Counted from the stretch's first letter, positions 38,489 through 53,966 are shown. The stretch is 64,000 nucleotides of DNA from the human T2T-CHM13v2.0 reference genome, Homo sapiens (GCA_009914755.4 CP068257.2:17248001-17312000), one strand, 5' to 3'. Numbers and translations are program-made. The notes: a model not told the origin generated them from the letters alone.

Positions 38489-38934
38489 TCTCAGTGGTAT
38501 GGGAGAAAGAATAGAGAGTAGGAAGACCAGGAAAGACAAAGCCATGATGCCTAAGGGAGAGACTGGCCTGAGTAGGTTATTATTAGAGAGACCTATGCAC
38601 AAACAAGGTATACCAATAATATGCACATCAGCAGGGTATTGATGAAGAAATCAAAAAGATAGAAGGAAAAATAATTATAAGAGATATTCATTATACTTTC
38701 TTATTTTCTAGAGATCTAACACTAACCTTAGAAACTTGATTTGGTCATGGCTGCCCATTCAACAAAAGGAATATTATTTCTACATAATACAACCTTCCTG
38801 AGCATATACTTTCAAAAGGCCTGAAGCATTCCTTCAGGCATTCTGGAAAGGGGTTTCTGAGGAAAGTGAAAGGAAAGACAAGGTTGCAATGTTAATATCT
38901 AGACTTTTTGAAGACATAGTATGGTAACTTCGGG

Positions 38935-38956
38935 GTGTGTGTGTGTGTGTGTGTGT
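38935..38956. repeat. (GT)11 microsatellite
   Basis: 'gtgtgtgtgtgtgtgtgtgtgt'. Confidence 0.95.
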
Positions 38957-39000
38957 AGTTTCTTTTCTACCAGAAACTCATTATAGAAGGCATATTGCAG

Positions 39001-39319
<319 letters not shown>

Positions 39320-42300
39320 TTAGGGATAGGGTAGCTAGATCATGATGTTTTAGCAATTTGCCGAAGGAAAGTTAGAATATTAGAAATCAATGAGTAGATA
39401 AAAACTGTATTTAATGTGCCATGAGAATACGACATGCTGCAGTATTATTTTGCAAAAAAAAAATTTTGCTTCATATAATTTTTGAAATAAACTCATACAT
39501 CATTAATATATTTAACTCTATATATACATACTTTTAAGAAATATGCCTGCACACTTACACATTTTATATCATCTCCCAAGTTGGCAGTTGCCATGAGATG
39601 CTTGGAAAATCATGGTTTAATACTCAACACCATTGAAATGACGTTGTATCCCTGATAAATGGATGCATTAAGACTCTACCCAACAGGGTTGCATTTCCCA
39701 CCTGCATTTTGACCAGTTTCCTTAATGACCTTGCCAGCTGATACAAATTGCTTTTTGGAGGGAGCCCAGAGGAGTGATAGCAAGCTTGAAGGTTTTGCTA
39801 CATGTTACACTAGATGGCTTTTAATGGTGAAAAAAGTGGCAAATTCTGACATATTAGAAATGCCTCTTTATCTGGACAGTAGAGAACAGCACCTCTTCTT
39901 TTAAGTATCAGGGAAGGGGTGTTATTTAAAAAGAGATATGCTAAATAAAATACACTAATGAAAATGATGTGCCACTTTTTCTAGTATTTGTATTGTGACC
40001 TCTGTATAGGCTGTCCCCATTGTGATCACTTACACTTAACTAATCCAATATATTGTCTATTGTTTTCAACATAAAAACAGTATGTATTTCCAAGACAGGA
40101 GATGTTTCAATCTCATAATTAGGCATGCAAAATATTATCTTCAAATCATATGCATGAGGTCCAGGGAACAGCTGAAGATCACTGCTCCTCTTAGGTTTGT
40201 AAAGAAACATAATTTTGTGGTGTTCCAAAGTGACTTCATAATTTTGTCATGTAATCTCCTATTTTGACTTGAAAATCTATTATAAATAAAGTGATAAAGT
40301 AAAAAAACATCGGTAGCAGGAACAAGATAAAGCTAATTTGGCATTAACAACCAATTTTCATATTAATATAATTTACTTTTATATGTATCATATCAAATAT
40401 AATTAAGATGTTCCAGGTCTGCTTAACGTATGAATGACTTACTGAATAGATATAAATGCCAAATAAAGCATTAGCTGATTTTATTTTAATGTAGACTCAC
40501 ACGCACATACACCCACACGTGCACACACATGTACATACACACACGATGTTAATTTATTTATCCTACATGACGCTGGAAATTATTCAGTCTTTTAAAATGT
40601 ATTTACACAACAAATTTACATTGTTTTATCCAGATTCTATGTATATTATACATTTTTTGTCATGTACAGTCTGTTTTTTATTTCTCTATTTTTTGGCAGT
40701 CTCAGAAAATAAATGCCATCTTTACACGTACATGTATTCATCATTCCTCACCCACTCCACCAACACACAATCCCAAGAGAACAAAAAAGATGTGAAAATG
40801 AAAGTAACAGAGTGTATTACATTCCTATGAGTAACTGAAATATCTTAAAAAATAAATTGGACAGCAAAATGAAAAATGTAGAAACAGACCTAATGTTTTA
40901 AAATACAACAATCAAATGTGTAAAGGTATGATTCACTTGGGAAACATCGCATGCAATTTAAATAAAGTTTAACAAAACACTTGAGACAATAAGTTGCTTT
41001 CTGTTCAAGGAAATTTACCTTTTACCAGCCTGGCATAATGTCATCTGGCAAAATGTACCCCATTGGTATTTCCTGGAATACTTCTTTCCCCTAGAGATTC
41101 TATCAGAGTATTCTATAGTCAAACATGCATAGAAAACAGAACTATATAGAAACAAAAATACCCCCTTTAAGTCCAGACTATCACTACAGAGTATCAACAC
41201 AGAGTTACAGTATAAAGTTAGAGTTATTCAAACCCCAATTGATCGATATATTCATTTCACTCACTTGATCTAAACAGATTGAAACTTTCACAGTAAAGAT
41301 CCAATTTTACCTATCAATCATTGTGGCATAGGCTGTGACCAAAATTATGGGTCCAGTAGCCATTTTCAATGTAGCTCAAACATTTGGTTTCTGTGAGTAA
41401 GATATAATACAGCTAGAAAATTATAAATTGCTTTTCATTGGTTTGATGCATGAGCAGGTAGGCAATATCATAAAACTGTCTATTTCATGTGGTTAATATT
41501 TTTTGTTTCTGTAAACATTAATTCACACTTCTTTGGAAAGTTTTGCTAACAGAGAAAGAAACTAATGAAACTACTGATGGTGTCATAACTTTTTTCTAGC
41601 ACCTTTTGTTGGAACATAAATATGGGTTGACATTTCTTTCATTTCCACATAAACCTGTGAAGGTTATCAAAAAACCCAAAGATGATAGGTTTAAAATTAC
41701 AGTGAAGATGGGTTAATTAGTTGGAACATCATCTTGATAGGAAATTCATACCCACTCATTTGGAATTCATGTACAATTTTTGTTATGAAAGGAGGGAAAA
41801 AGTCAAAGCGCCATGGATGCCTGACAAACAACAGAGTCCTTCTCTACAAGGCTGACCTTTTTTAAAGTTTATACTTCCATTGTATGTGATGATTATAACA
41901 AGTGTTACTGTGTTCTGGCTTCTTTGTATTCAAGAATTGCAGTGGAACATTTAGATACATTGTTGGACCTCTGAAAGAACTCAAATTTTCAATCAGATAG
42001 AAATTTATATAAAATTGTACTTTAGAGATCCTTAGACACCATTTTATTTTTATAAATATTAAGATTCAGAGAAAAGGAAGCTCAGAAATGGGGTGTAAAA
42101 AATTCTAAAGAGATGATATAAATTATTATCTCAAACTCCAAATCAGCTTCCATGGCTTAGCAATAAATGCCTTCACTTTTCTCTCCTTCACATCAGGCTT
42201 CAATATTCTTTTCTAAGGAAAACTTGTTTTCAGTCATCCTTAGTCTCAACAGGGGTTGCAAATTGAAAGAGAGGTACTAGGTTTTGAAGCACAGTTGCTT

Positions 42301-43316
42301 TTTTAGTCATGAAAGAAAAAGAAGAGAATTGCTAATAAAGATAAAATTTAAAGTAAAGATGATATGTTTTAAAATAAAGAGTATTCAAAATGAAAATTGG
42401 CATTGCCTGCATTTACATTTTATGCTATTTTTCTTTTGATATAAGAAAGCAAAAATTTTCAATTTTTTTAATTTTTATGAAAATAACTCCCTGTCTAAAC
42501 ATTTTCACCTATATAAACATGTGTAGCCCATTCTAATTCGAGTACATATATATTTATTCAAATAAATATAAAATTATATATTATATATAGTTAAAATATT
42601 TTTATTATTATTCAGAAGCAATTTACAGAGCTTCTATTATGTCCAGGCATCATACAAGGTGTGTTGATATTAGGTGAATAAAATCAGACCTGGACCTTGC
42701 CTTCAAGTAGAGGAGAAAATATGTTACCTATTAACTATAACAGAAAGCAATATGGTACCATGAGCATATGCAAGAAGAGGATATAATATAGTTGATTTCC
42801 TGAGGAAATGCGATTTGAGATGGAATCCAGAGGTTGCATAGTAATTAAACAACTCAAAGCAAATAAAATTGAAGAATCCCTATAAATATTATAAGCAAGA
42901 TTAGTGCATGTGAAAATCTTTTAACAGGATGTTGTAAGACACAGTCAAATGTGAACAAAGTTCAGTATGGAAAGAGAGAAGCAGGTTGTAAAAGCAACTG
43001 TTAATTTCTAACCAAAATATGTCATTCTTCTTCACACACATTCTGTCATGTTTCACACACAGCAATTTCCTGTCTTACCTTACAATCATGTATGGCCACA
43101 TGACTGAACTTTAGCCAATGAAAAATGGATGGAATTTATATGTACTGATTCCAAGTGGGGTCTAGTAAACTTTCCTCTCCTGCTTCTCCAGACTGGTTGC
43201 CTTTCCACTAACTGGTTGGAGATGACCATAATGACTTTGAGCATTACGTGTTGAGATAGGCAAAGTATCCATCTGCTTCTCTTACTAAGTGACAACATGG
43301 AGTAGTATTTCTAAAT

Positions 43317-43490
43317 CATTGGTGTGCGACAGAATCATCCACAAAATTAGTAAATCACAGATTATTAGGCTCTGCCCCAGAATTTCTTGTACATTAGGTC
43401 TAAGAAAGATCTGAGAATGTGTGTTCATAACAAGTTCCCAGGTAATAATAATGCTGTTGGTCAATGAACCACAGTTTGAGAACCATTTGC
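43317..43490 (-). mobile_element. Fragment of a cut-and-paste DNA-transposon relic of the 'cagtggttctcaaactgtgg...cacctggg.acttgttat.aa..ca.attctcagatc' type (MER5-like / hAT-Charlie from memory)
   Basis: The reverse complement reads 'aatggttctcaaactgtggttcattgaccaacagcattattattacctgggaacttgttatgaacacacattctcagatctttcttagacctaatgtacaagaaattctggggcagagcctaataatctgtgatttac'. Confidence 0.45.
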
Positions 43491-44164
43491 GTACAGCAGA
43501 GTACTTCCTCTCTCCTAAGAAAAATCCTGAATATTATTGAGTGTGTAAGAGAAACAGTTTATCTCTTTTTTATTGTATATATTTGTCTTGCTTGTTAAAA
43601 AGGAAACGTTACCTGAATTATCAATATGGAACTTCACGTAATATAAAATGGATAGTCTTCTTTGTAAAGATGCCTATTCTCCAATCACTACCACTGCTTT
43701 ACACAGTCAGCATGTGACTCAGTTCTGATTAATGTTAGGAAAGAGGGAATTTGTTGTGAATGATTAGAAACTTTTTTTAAATTGCACATCCACATGACAG
43801 GTATTGTGGAGGTGGTCAGTTTCTGCCTTGTCTGAAGCCAGTGCCTAGACCTCCTGCAGCCACTTTGTGATAATGAGAAAAGACAAAACGAGGGCAAAGC
43901 CATGTCAATAAGTGTGACAAAGCTGCTCTTCAGAAGGGAAATCTTGCCCAGAATAATGGAATGGAGACCAGAGGCACTAACATTAGAAACCAAAACAATT
44001 CAAGGGTTGTGCTAGACGGCAATATTTCAGTGCTTCTTATCCTATTAGTTAAAAACTGTATGCATTATTATATATATGTGTGTGTGTATGCATATGTATG
44101 TTACTTTTATATATACATACTTATATATATGTTACTTTTAAGTTGCTTCTATAAATAAAATCAA

Positions 44165-44496
<332 letters not shown>

Positions 44497-47400
44497 TTAT
44501 GTAGTTTATTCAGATGAGTACTCAATTTTTTCTTCCATGAGTAGTTACGTAAAATTTTTTCAGGGCTGCTAGAGCTGAGAAATTAATCACTCCAGCTCCA
44601 GCTGACTAAGAATAACTCATATTACTAATATCTTATAATAATTTAACTTATCTTGCAATATTTACTCTAAGGTATGTAACTTCAATTTTGCTACTATTTG
44701 AGGCATAAAATGCCATTACTTCTATTTCAAATCACTAATTTTATAGAGAGTTTCATGAATAATAGTAAAAACAAGTTATTCTTAATATATTAGAGAGCTG
44801 TAAGATTTGCATTATTGACAAGGAACTTAAATGAAAAATCTTGACTTGAGCTTTAAGAAATTATTCATCAGTTAAATCGGTTTTTCCAGAGTAAGTAACA
44901 TAATTTATACAAACATGCTTGATACAAAGTACATGGGCAAAGTCTAAAGGCATTTCTGAAAGGAAAAAATAAATAAAAGTAAAAGAAGATAAGCTCGAGA
45001 TAATTAAACTTCAGTGTTAATAAATCTAAAATTTTCAGTTATTCAATTTATTAATTATTAAGATCATGAATTACTAATTCTCTTTTTTCTTACAATAGAT
45101 GGCATTTTCTTCCTTTTACCAAAAATCAACTCATTCATTTTTTTCTCTCGATCCCAGTCTTTCTCTTTCTCCGGAATTTGTAAATATTCCTTATTTCTAC
45201 TAGGTGTTCAACCTCACTCTCTTACCTGTTTTTATCCTATAATCACTTAAAGTTCCTAGCTTTCCCATCCAAAAGTGAGAAAAGAAAAAATGCATCAACA
45301 ACAGTCTGAACAATTCATTCACTCTCTCTTAGTACCTCATCTTTCTCTTCCTTTATATAGCCAGACTTACTTGAAAGTGAATATCAACATTAAAAAGGCA
45401 AATGACTACAACAGGCAACTTATTATGTCAACTGTGATGGCCTCCAAATTTCTATTTTACTTGTATACTTTTTATGTAAGCTTAGTTTTGATTATTAATC
45501 GTGTATCAATATATTTTTCTTTCTTGAAGTCATATTCTTTCTTCACCTCTCTTAATATTAGTGGAGCTTTTAATGTATCTTTAATTTGTCTGGTTTTGTT
45601 AGAGGCAGTGGGTGAAGAAATATTTTTACCTCTTAATTTTCCAATAAGGAAACAAGACCGTGAACAATATGCAAAATAGCAAGTGATATCCAACTCGGTG
45701 TCAAGGAGATTGCAAAGAACAGTTGGCACAGAAGCAAATTCTAGAGCAGTCCAACTCAAAATCACATTTGTGGACTTTGCTGACATAGACACACTTTGTC
45801 AGTGGTGCTCACAGAAATAAGTATAGAAATCATGAATAGACTTTTATCTTATCTCTTTACTGATTGACAGTTTTAAAGAGCTCTATGTGATTATCTCATT
45901 GTGAACCAATATGAAAACCAGACCCGACTCAGAGAAACAATTTCCAAAGAACACTATCTATTGAACAGAGACAGCAGGTATTCATTTGTAGCCGTTCTTA
46001 TTGTCTATGGTGTAATGTGAGATAATGCGTTATTGAATTATGAGATTTTTCAAGAAAAGCCAAGGAGCTGAAAGTTTATATAAAATAATTTCACGTTTAA
46101 TATTGTTAACTAATGCCATTGAAATAAAAGACTCATCATAGCGGGTTAAATGTGTTCTATAGTGCCTTTATGGTAAACAATCTTTCTCTCAATTTTCTCG
46201 CCTCCTATTCCAGTATCAAAATACTCCAAATTGTATTGTGTTTTTACATTCTAAGATTGTTCTCACTAACATCATCATTAATCTTCATGTGGCTAAATAT
46301 AGTAAATATATTTTTAAATTCACCATATTCTTTACCTTAGCAGAATAGGGCACCCTTAACCTGTACTAACTACTTGAAGTATTTTTTTTCCTTCAGGTTT
46401 CCTTCCATGTCTCCAGGAGTTCCTTTTCAACTATATTTATTGCCTTTTTTTCTCCAAGTTTACTTTTAAATGTTGGAGTAAATCAACTCTCTTCCTACAT
46501 TAGAATCTCATCTAAGAAGTCTCATGTTTTCTTATGACTTAATTTACCATCTGATGCAGACAGGACACATATTATATCAGAAGCCCAGATTGACATTTCT
46601 TGCATATACTAAATGCCTTTCATAAATATCATCTCCAATATATTTTATTAGTCATTAACTCTTACTTATTCCAACTCCTAGATATTGCTGATTTCAATCT
46701 AGCTTGATATACCTTTATCGTCCTTATCTAAAACAAGCTGTATTGTAAACACCCTTACTGATTACATTACCAGTAAGAAATCCAGTGAATGTATTGCCCA
46801 CTTTTAATATCTTATACACAGCACAGCCAGAATAGTTTTGTTGAAAACACTCATGTGAATTAGGAAATTTGCTCTTAACATCGTTCAGTCTTCCCCTTTT
46901 CCCTTTAGAGAAACAGGAAGCACTAGCCTCCATTTCCTTACGTATTTCTCTTCAGACTTGTTTTGTGCCTTTTTCTCACTTGTCGTTTAAGATCCATCCA
47001 ATGCTTGGCTTCTTTTATTTTCTCAAATGTATTTTTCGATTTCCTACCTCAGTCATTTTACTTTACCATTTTTTTGTCTTGAAATGTTCTTTTCACTTCT
47101 TCAGTTAACTCCAGCTTTTTTTTTCCGCCAAGAATCTTTCCTTCTCACTCACTCCATTTTCAAGACTTGTTGAAGTCCATGGCTTCTACATTCCAGTAGC
47201 TGCTTGGGTTTCCTCTCGATGACACTTGCATTCATTTATTCACATCTATTTTCCTCATTGCACTGTAATCTCCATGCAGGCAGCCATTGCACTGGTTTTC
47301 TCTTTCACAGCTTGAATTTTCTCCTACATAGTGTATGTCACACATATATCTGTAAAATGCATGAATAGATGTTTCCAAATTTGGGTGGAGGTGAAGCTAC

Positions 47401-50400
47401 CTTTCTTTTATTTTTATTTTCTTCTTTCTTTTCTTTTAGCTCTACAAAATAAACAATTACTGATTACACATTTAAACTATTTTCACATGTTCTAACATAT
47501 TTAACCTATTAAATATTCTATTGATATTCTCACATGATTTTACAAACCATATAAAATTTACCCTTTATTTGTTTTATTTAGCTAGTTAAGATATACATAT
47601 ATCTTGTTTTTAAAAAATACTGAAAAAATTGCATATGTATTTTAATTTTACTCTAACTGGTGTACTTATTCCATAAAGTTTGTCAAAAGTAACTTCTTAT
47701 TACTGTATACCTATGTGTGTGTGTGTAAAAACAGATAGAATATAAAATTATTTTTAGAAAGTCAAGATTCTAGTATTGACTCCAGGTAAACATCATTGAT
47801 AGTTCATTAAACTATGCTACCTTTTGATTTCTGTCCATGTAAAATGGGAAATAGAAAAATGGAACAGTCACAGCATAATTATTCAGTATTTCTAATGAAC
47901 TAATAAAATAATGTGAAATTCCTTTGTTAATTTTAAAATGTTAGTCAAATTCATCCTACCATTAATTATTATTAAATTAAACTTGTAAAATGATTCCACA
48001 TCTTTATTGTATATTAAACTCAGATGTAGCATTTAAATATATAAGAAAAAGAGTTACAGATTATTTGTTATACTTTTAACAATAAATGTAATATTCTAAT
48101 CTTTGGAGTGATACAGATTTGGTTTTGAGGATTTTCTTTCATTTTTGCATATTTAGGCTGTTGTCTCCACTCAAAAATTCCTTACACAGTCTCACATATT
48201 TTCTCTTTAGACCAACCATCTAATTGCCATTTTTATTCTTTGCTTTATAATAGCTGTCATTGGATAATGGAAGAATCAATCAAACTTTTTTTCCTTCATG
48301 TCCCTGCAGCAACAGAACTTTATTATTTTTACTTCAGTGACACTGAGAAGCTTGAATCAATATTGACAAAACATCAAGTCTTTTTGAAAAACTGCTATGA
48401 TAGCACTCAAAGCTTAACCATTTCACATCTTTTATAGCCATGGAAACTCAAAATTTATTTTTCTCACAAACACATACATCTTAATCCCTTGGAAAATCAT
48501 TCTGCTGCATTTGAAATGCAGTTACCATAATTGACTTTCAAGGCACAGAACTGGGATTCATCTCCATATCTGAGAATAGAATCAAGCCCTAAACAATTGG
48601 AACTTTATAATCAGGTTTTGAAGATTAATGTTTCTTTAGAAGGGGAAGCTGGTCTTGGAAGCAATCGGATTTTCTTCCTGCTATTGATAGAAAAGTTGAG
48701 TTTCTAGCTGAACTAGTAGAAAAATTTATTTATTGATAAGTGGACACTTTAGCCCTGGAAACAATTTACACTTAACCCTTATTGTTCATTGATATTGATC
48801 ACTTGAAAACGCTCTGAACCACATGCATAACAAAACCTCTTCCTATTGAACTACTATTAATATTATTCAATATATTTTAATTTTTAAGCAGTAAGATGAA
48901 TAATATAATACCCTGTTACTTAAATAGCTCACATACTTTACTATCCAATTCTATGATTACTCTAATAAATTATCTCAAAATCCAGCATCAGATCCCGGAA
49001 GCTGTTTTGTGGTTTGGTTCGTTTTGTTTGTTTTGGTTTGTTTCTTTGGCTCTTTTTGCCCTTTAGTGCTGAAAAAAAAATTATGTTACTTAACTGAATC
49101 TCCAGCGTTGCCATTGAGTAATGCTCCTCAAACAGGACGTATCACTCAATAGTTGATCTCATACTTAGTTATGAGCTTAAAACTTGAAAAGAGACAGAAA
49201 ATCTGTAATGCAGTAAATGGGAAATCGGACTATGGAGCGTGAATGCATAAGGATATTTGTTTTGTGAAATTCATTTACACGAGTCTTCTTTGGTCTTCAA
49301 AGCAACATGTGTTTTCACTAAATACACTTGTGCTAAGTACACAGCCTGTGATGCTGGCATCTTCCTCCTTTTACAAGTATGGATCCTAAGTCAAATCTCA
49401 TTACACAGTGCAGCATAACAGTTGATAGATTTCTAACTGTAACGTAGGCCTCCCAACCATAGTTCCAGGGTTCTTTGTATTATAGCATACTGCCTATTCC
49501 AATTTAAATATAAGTGTGGAGGTTCTCATCCTCTGTTCTTTCCTGAGTTTTGAGTTTATGTGCCAATTATTATTTTTTTTTTCTGAATCCCTCGCTCTAC
49601 TTTCTCTTCTTTGTAATCAGTGGCTTTAATATCTGAGATCACTGGCTTCTGTGTAAGAAAGCGTTACACAGAACGCTTTAAAACTGAATAGTATTTAGTG
49701 TTTTTAAAACTAAATAGTACTTAGTGATTTGCAAACTGTTGGATATTTAAATTGATGTGATTGTCATCAAAACTTTAAAATTAAAAAAAAATTTAAATCA
49801 TGGTGCTTTTAAAAACCACTGAGAGTAAATACTTCTATATGTGTCTTTTAGTTATGCAGGATTGTACAGGCATCCAAACTATGTTCTCATAAAACCAATT
49901 TTATTTTTTAAATTTATTTTTTCATTAAAGCCAATTTTAATGTGTTTCAGTTCATGGTTGAAATGTTTCTTGATTTTTATGTATGACTCATAATAATACC
50001 TGAATTAATCATGGGGCCTGGAAAATTAGTAATAGCAGTTCTAAAAGGGAAAATAGGTCTATTATGTATGTGTGTGTGTGTTTGTATGTGTGACACACAT
50101 TTTTACACATTTAACAGAGAGATGAATTCTTATATCTATACCTATTTATTAATCTATATAAAAGTAAATGGCACATCCTTTCAAATTAGCCTCATTTAAT
50201 ATGTCTGCATCTATATTATCATTTAAATTTTCTTTTTTAACAGCTATGTACTGAAAACAAATTCAGACTTGGTTTTCTCACATGGCAAAAATGAACCCCT
50301 CACTTTCAGTTTATATTGGTCTACGTATACAGTGGCTTGCTGAAGGATTTTTGCGCAAATAAGTTAGAACATAAGTCAAACCTCTTGTTTCAAAAGAGTC

Positions 50401-53223
50401 AAGCATGATAGAAAACACTAAATTTATTTAACCTCCATGTTCCATCTAGCAGAATTAAACTTTCCAAAGAGGAAAAACATAGATTGATGTTTTTAAAATT
50501 ACTACAGGGTAGAAACTATGCTTCTAGTACTCTACAATAAGCCAAACTTATTGGCAGAAATTGTCCATAAAATTGACATTTTTAAGCAAATTTACATTCC
50601 TTCATCAGTGTTATGCATGCCATTGCAGACAAAGTTGATGATTTGAATTCATAATTGATTTATGAGTGTCATAGAAATGAGGCAGAAAATATTGGACTTT
50701 GTTGCCAAGGAGTTCATTTTGGGCAACCAGTAATTACACTGAGGATTAGATTGTATGAATTTGGAAAAGTGTAGAAGAGTCCATGACATCAGTAATTACA
50801 ATGAAAATAAAATGAATATCTTATGGAATATGCTTTCATATATAATTCCTCCTCTGGATATTGTATTTTCTTTATGTCCATTTTCAGAGCTGGCTCATAT
50901 TACTCTATTGACATCTGTTTTAAAGTGGAGTAAGAAAAAAGAACTAAAGTAAATTTTTCTTTAAACTTCATACATGAAAATAAAAGTAAGTTGAGGATGC
51001 AATTTTTAAATTAATATGAATGCACTTCCATAAACACAATCTCTGTCATTAATCTATCTTTCTGTTAATGACTGGCCAGCTGAAAGTTGGCAAATTCATT
51101 CATTTTAAATGCTAGAGGCATTAAAAGTTCTTGTTGAATAGGTTATTTTGTTTTATCGGTTAAACATGCACATACATATACACATGTAAACATTTTATTC
51201 ATTCTATAGTTCAGAAAGTTTTAACAATAAGATGTTCAAATCTTACTGTCAGCAGCAACTCTACAACTAAATCATCTTTTTAGTAGGAAGCTCCAAAGTT
51301 AAACACAGAGTTTTTAGGAATATTGAAATTTCCTTTAAGCCTTGCCACACGTCATTCAAGTCAGAATATTTGATATCACTTTATTATAATTTTAAGGAAA
51401 TACAATTTATATATATTTTTTAAATGATAAATTCAACTAATTATAATTTAAGTGCATGAATAAAATAAGTATATTTATAAGGTTGGTTACATACTATTTT
51501 CAGAATGAAATACTCTTCCAGCCATGTCAAAATTTTGCCTGATGTCTCCTAAAATGTTTATTTAGTGATGGGAACTAAAAATGTTTTAAGTCACCCACAA
51601 ATTGTTTTGCTTATGACCAGTAGATCAATCTTAGTAAAGAGATGTTTTCAAAATGTCAGTGTCTATTTCAAGAATCTACAATCACTCTCACTTTTTTATA
51701 AAATAAAGTCCAAAATAAAATTATCTTAAAATGGATTTACCTTCGTGGATATTTGTGCTTTGAACATTTATACTCGGAATTTTTTTTGAGATGGAAAAAA
51801 AATAACCTGGAAGATATTAATAAATTATTTCCCCACTGTATTGGAAAGTCCAGTATAAATGAAATAAAAGCAGTGTCACCATAAACAGGAAATAAGTGGT
51901 GTCTATTCCAAAAATATGAGTATAAGAACAGTAAGTTTTGATATATTTGGAATTGTGTTTTCATGGCCAGTAAATGTGCATATCTAAACTCTTAAATAAA
52001 TGGCATCTATCACTTCAAAAGGTGAATGAAAACTATCAACAATAAAAGGGTCATTGTAACTTGAGTTTCCAAGCTGGCTTTATTTTTCAAACCATAGAGA
52101 GGCCTCATCTTAAGAGACAGCTATTTCCCTGAAAGAAAAGAGAGGTTCAAGTTCATTAAGAGACCCTTCCATATCTGAAGTGTAGGTTGACAACCTTCAT
52201 ATAGAAAAGGGAGAAATCAGAGTATTTTATTAATATAAAAGGAAATCCAACCCGACAGAGGTGGTGGAAAACCTATTCATTATTGTTCCATAGATAGAGG
52301 AAAGAAAAAGAGAGAAAAACGATAATACATTTACTCTAAGAGATCAGTGTCCTTGTTTTTTTCTAATTCTCTGAAAGGACCCTTAATAGGGGTATGAAAG
52401 AAATACACAGACACAGTTTAAGGAAGCCTAGGGCATCAGTGATGCTGGCTTGCTTTGCTTAGAAGAGTCTGGAGATTTGTATACTTCATGATAAAGCCTC
52501 ACATCCTCACATTCAGCTTGGCACAATACCCTGTATGTAGTAATAGTGAATCATTGTCCAAGGAAAGTGTTCAGTTGAATGAGTCTGTGGAAGATCTCAT
52601 GGCTCTTGAGACACCGGGAGTGATGCATAGGTAATCCAGAAGTTCATGCACGCTCAGGGTCATACATGAGCTGAGAGGAGCCACGAACAGCAAATTTAGA
52701 AGCCGAAAAACAGAGTTCACAACCTTTGTGATCAGAGTCAAATATACTTCATTTTCAGTGTTATGAAGAAAGAACCAGTTAAGACCAGTCCCATCTCATA
52801 GATACCAGTTCAGTGATAAAAATAGACAAACTGTGAGACAAAAGTGGATTTGTGGCACTTCTATGTTACTGCCATCAGACCCCATCCCAAATATAACCAG
52901 ATACTATCCTAGAGGTAAGTAGGAGGTGATGGCGGAAGGATGATGTGAAAGCATGAACAATAATCATGAGGCAGTTTACATAGAAGAAGCTGAGACGTAA
53001 TTAGTTTGCAAGTTGAATTCTCCTCTTTACCTTAATAAGGTGATTATCCAGAAGACAAATTAAGCACATTTCAGAAAATACAGAAACTAAATTTTATTTG
53101 AACGTTTAAATTGTTAACTCTTACTTGTTCAATAGTATGTTATTTTCCTATTGCTTCTATAGCAAATTACCATACATTTAGTGGCTTAAAACGACATAAA
53201 TTTATGTCTACAGTGCTATGGGT

Positions 53224-53750
53224 CAGGGGTCACCAACGGCTGGGCCACAAACTGGTACTGGTCTGTGGCTTGTTAGGAACCAGGGCGCACAGCAGGAGGT
53301 GAGCACCAGGCAAGCAAGCAAAGCTTTCTCTGTATTTTCAGCCTCTCCCCATTGCTTGCATTGCTGCCTGCGCTCTGCCTCCTGTGAGATCAGCAGTGGC
53401 ATTAGATTCTCACAGGAGCAGAAACCCTATTGTGAACTGTGCATGGGAGGGATCTAGGTTGTGCTCTCCTTATGAGAATCTAATGCCTGATGATCTGTCA
53501 CTCTCTCCCACCACCCCCAGGTGAGACATCTAGTTGCAAAAAAACAAGCTCAGGGCTCCTACTGATTCTACGTGATGGTGAGTTGTATAATTATTTCACT
53601 GTGTATTACAATGTAATAATAGTAGAAATAAAGTGCGCAATATATGTAATGAGCTTGAATCATCCCCAAACCATTCTCCCCAACCCCAGTCCATGAAAAT
53701 TTGTCTTCCACAAAACTGGTCCCTGATGCCAAAAAGGTTGGGGACCGCTG
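53224..53750. mobile_element. Non-autonomous cut-and-paste DNA transposon (~527 bp) with imperfect terminal inverted repeats ('caggggtcaccaac...' / '...gttggggaccgctg') and an 8-bp TSD 'ctatgggt' / 'ctataggt'; hAT superfamily inferred from the TSD length and 'CAGGGG' termini (MER1/Charlie-like; name from memory)
   Basis: The left end 'caggggtcaccaacggctgggccacaaactggtactggtctgtggcttgttaggaaccagggcgcacagcaggaggtgagc' and the right end '...ccatgaaaatttgtcttccacaaaactggtccctgatgccaaaaaggttggggaccgctg' are mutually reverse-complementary in their outer ~15-35 bp; the flanking 8-mers at 53216-53223 and 53751-53758 differ at one position. Confidence 0.7.
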
Positions 53751-53929
53751 CTATAGGTCAGAGGCCTCAGTTGGCTAAAATAAAGGTGACAGTGAGGCTT
53801 CATTCCTTCTGAAAGTTCTCGGGGAGAAACTGTTCCCTTACCTTCTCCAGCTTCAGAGACTGCTTGCATTCCCTTGTTCATGACCTTTTGCTGCATTTCC
53901 AAAGCCAGCAATATAGCATCTTCAAATCT

Positions 53930-53966
53930 CCCTCTCTCTCTCTCTCTCTCTCAATCTCTCTCTCTT
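53930..53966. repeat. (CT)n microsatellite (~17 units, one interruption)
   Basis: 'ccctctctctctctctctctctctcaatctctctctctt'. Confidence 0.95.

Noticed and set aside
40500-40560. CA-rich imperfect repeat ('cacacgcacatacacccacacgtgcacacacatgtacatacacacacg') and the ORF starting there (103 aa)
   Set aside because: Degenerate (CA)n / (CATA)n simple sequence; the ORF begins with MHTHVHTH, which is just translated CA-repeat.
45275-45679. 134-aa + strand ORF, the second-longest in the track
   Set aside because: Low-complexity, F/L/I/S/Y-rich translation of AT-rich DNA (TTT/ATT/TAT codons) with no recognisable domain or motif; in an AT-rich eukaryotic genome such ORFs arise by chance. It overlaps an equally spurious 106-aa minus-strand ORF.
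49677-49732. 27-bp direct tandem duplication ('ttaaaactgaatagtatttagtgttt' / 'ttaaaactaaatagtacttagtgatt')
   Set aside because: Only two copies and no other structure; most simply a small slippage or tandem duplication. Recorded but not considered a feature of interest.
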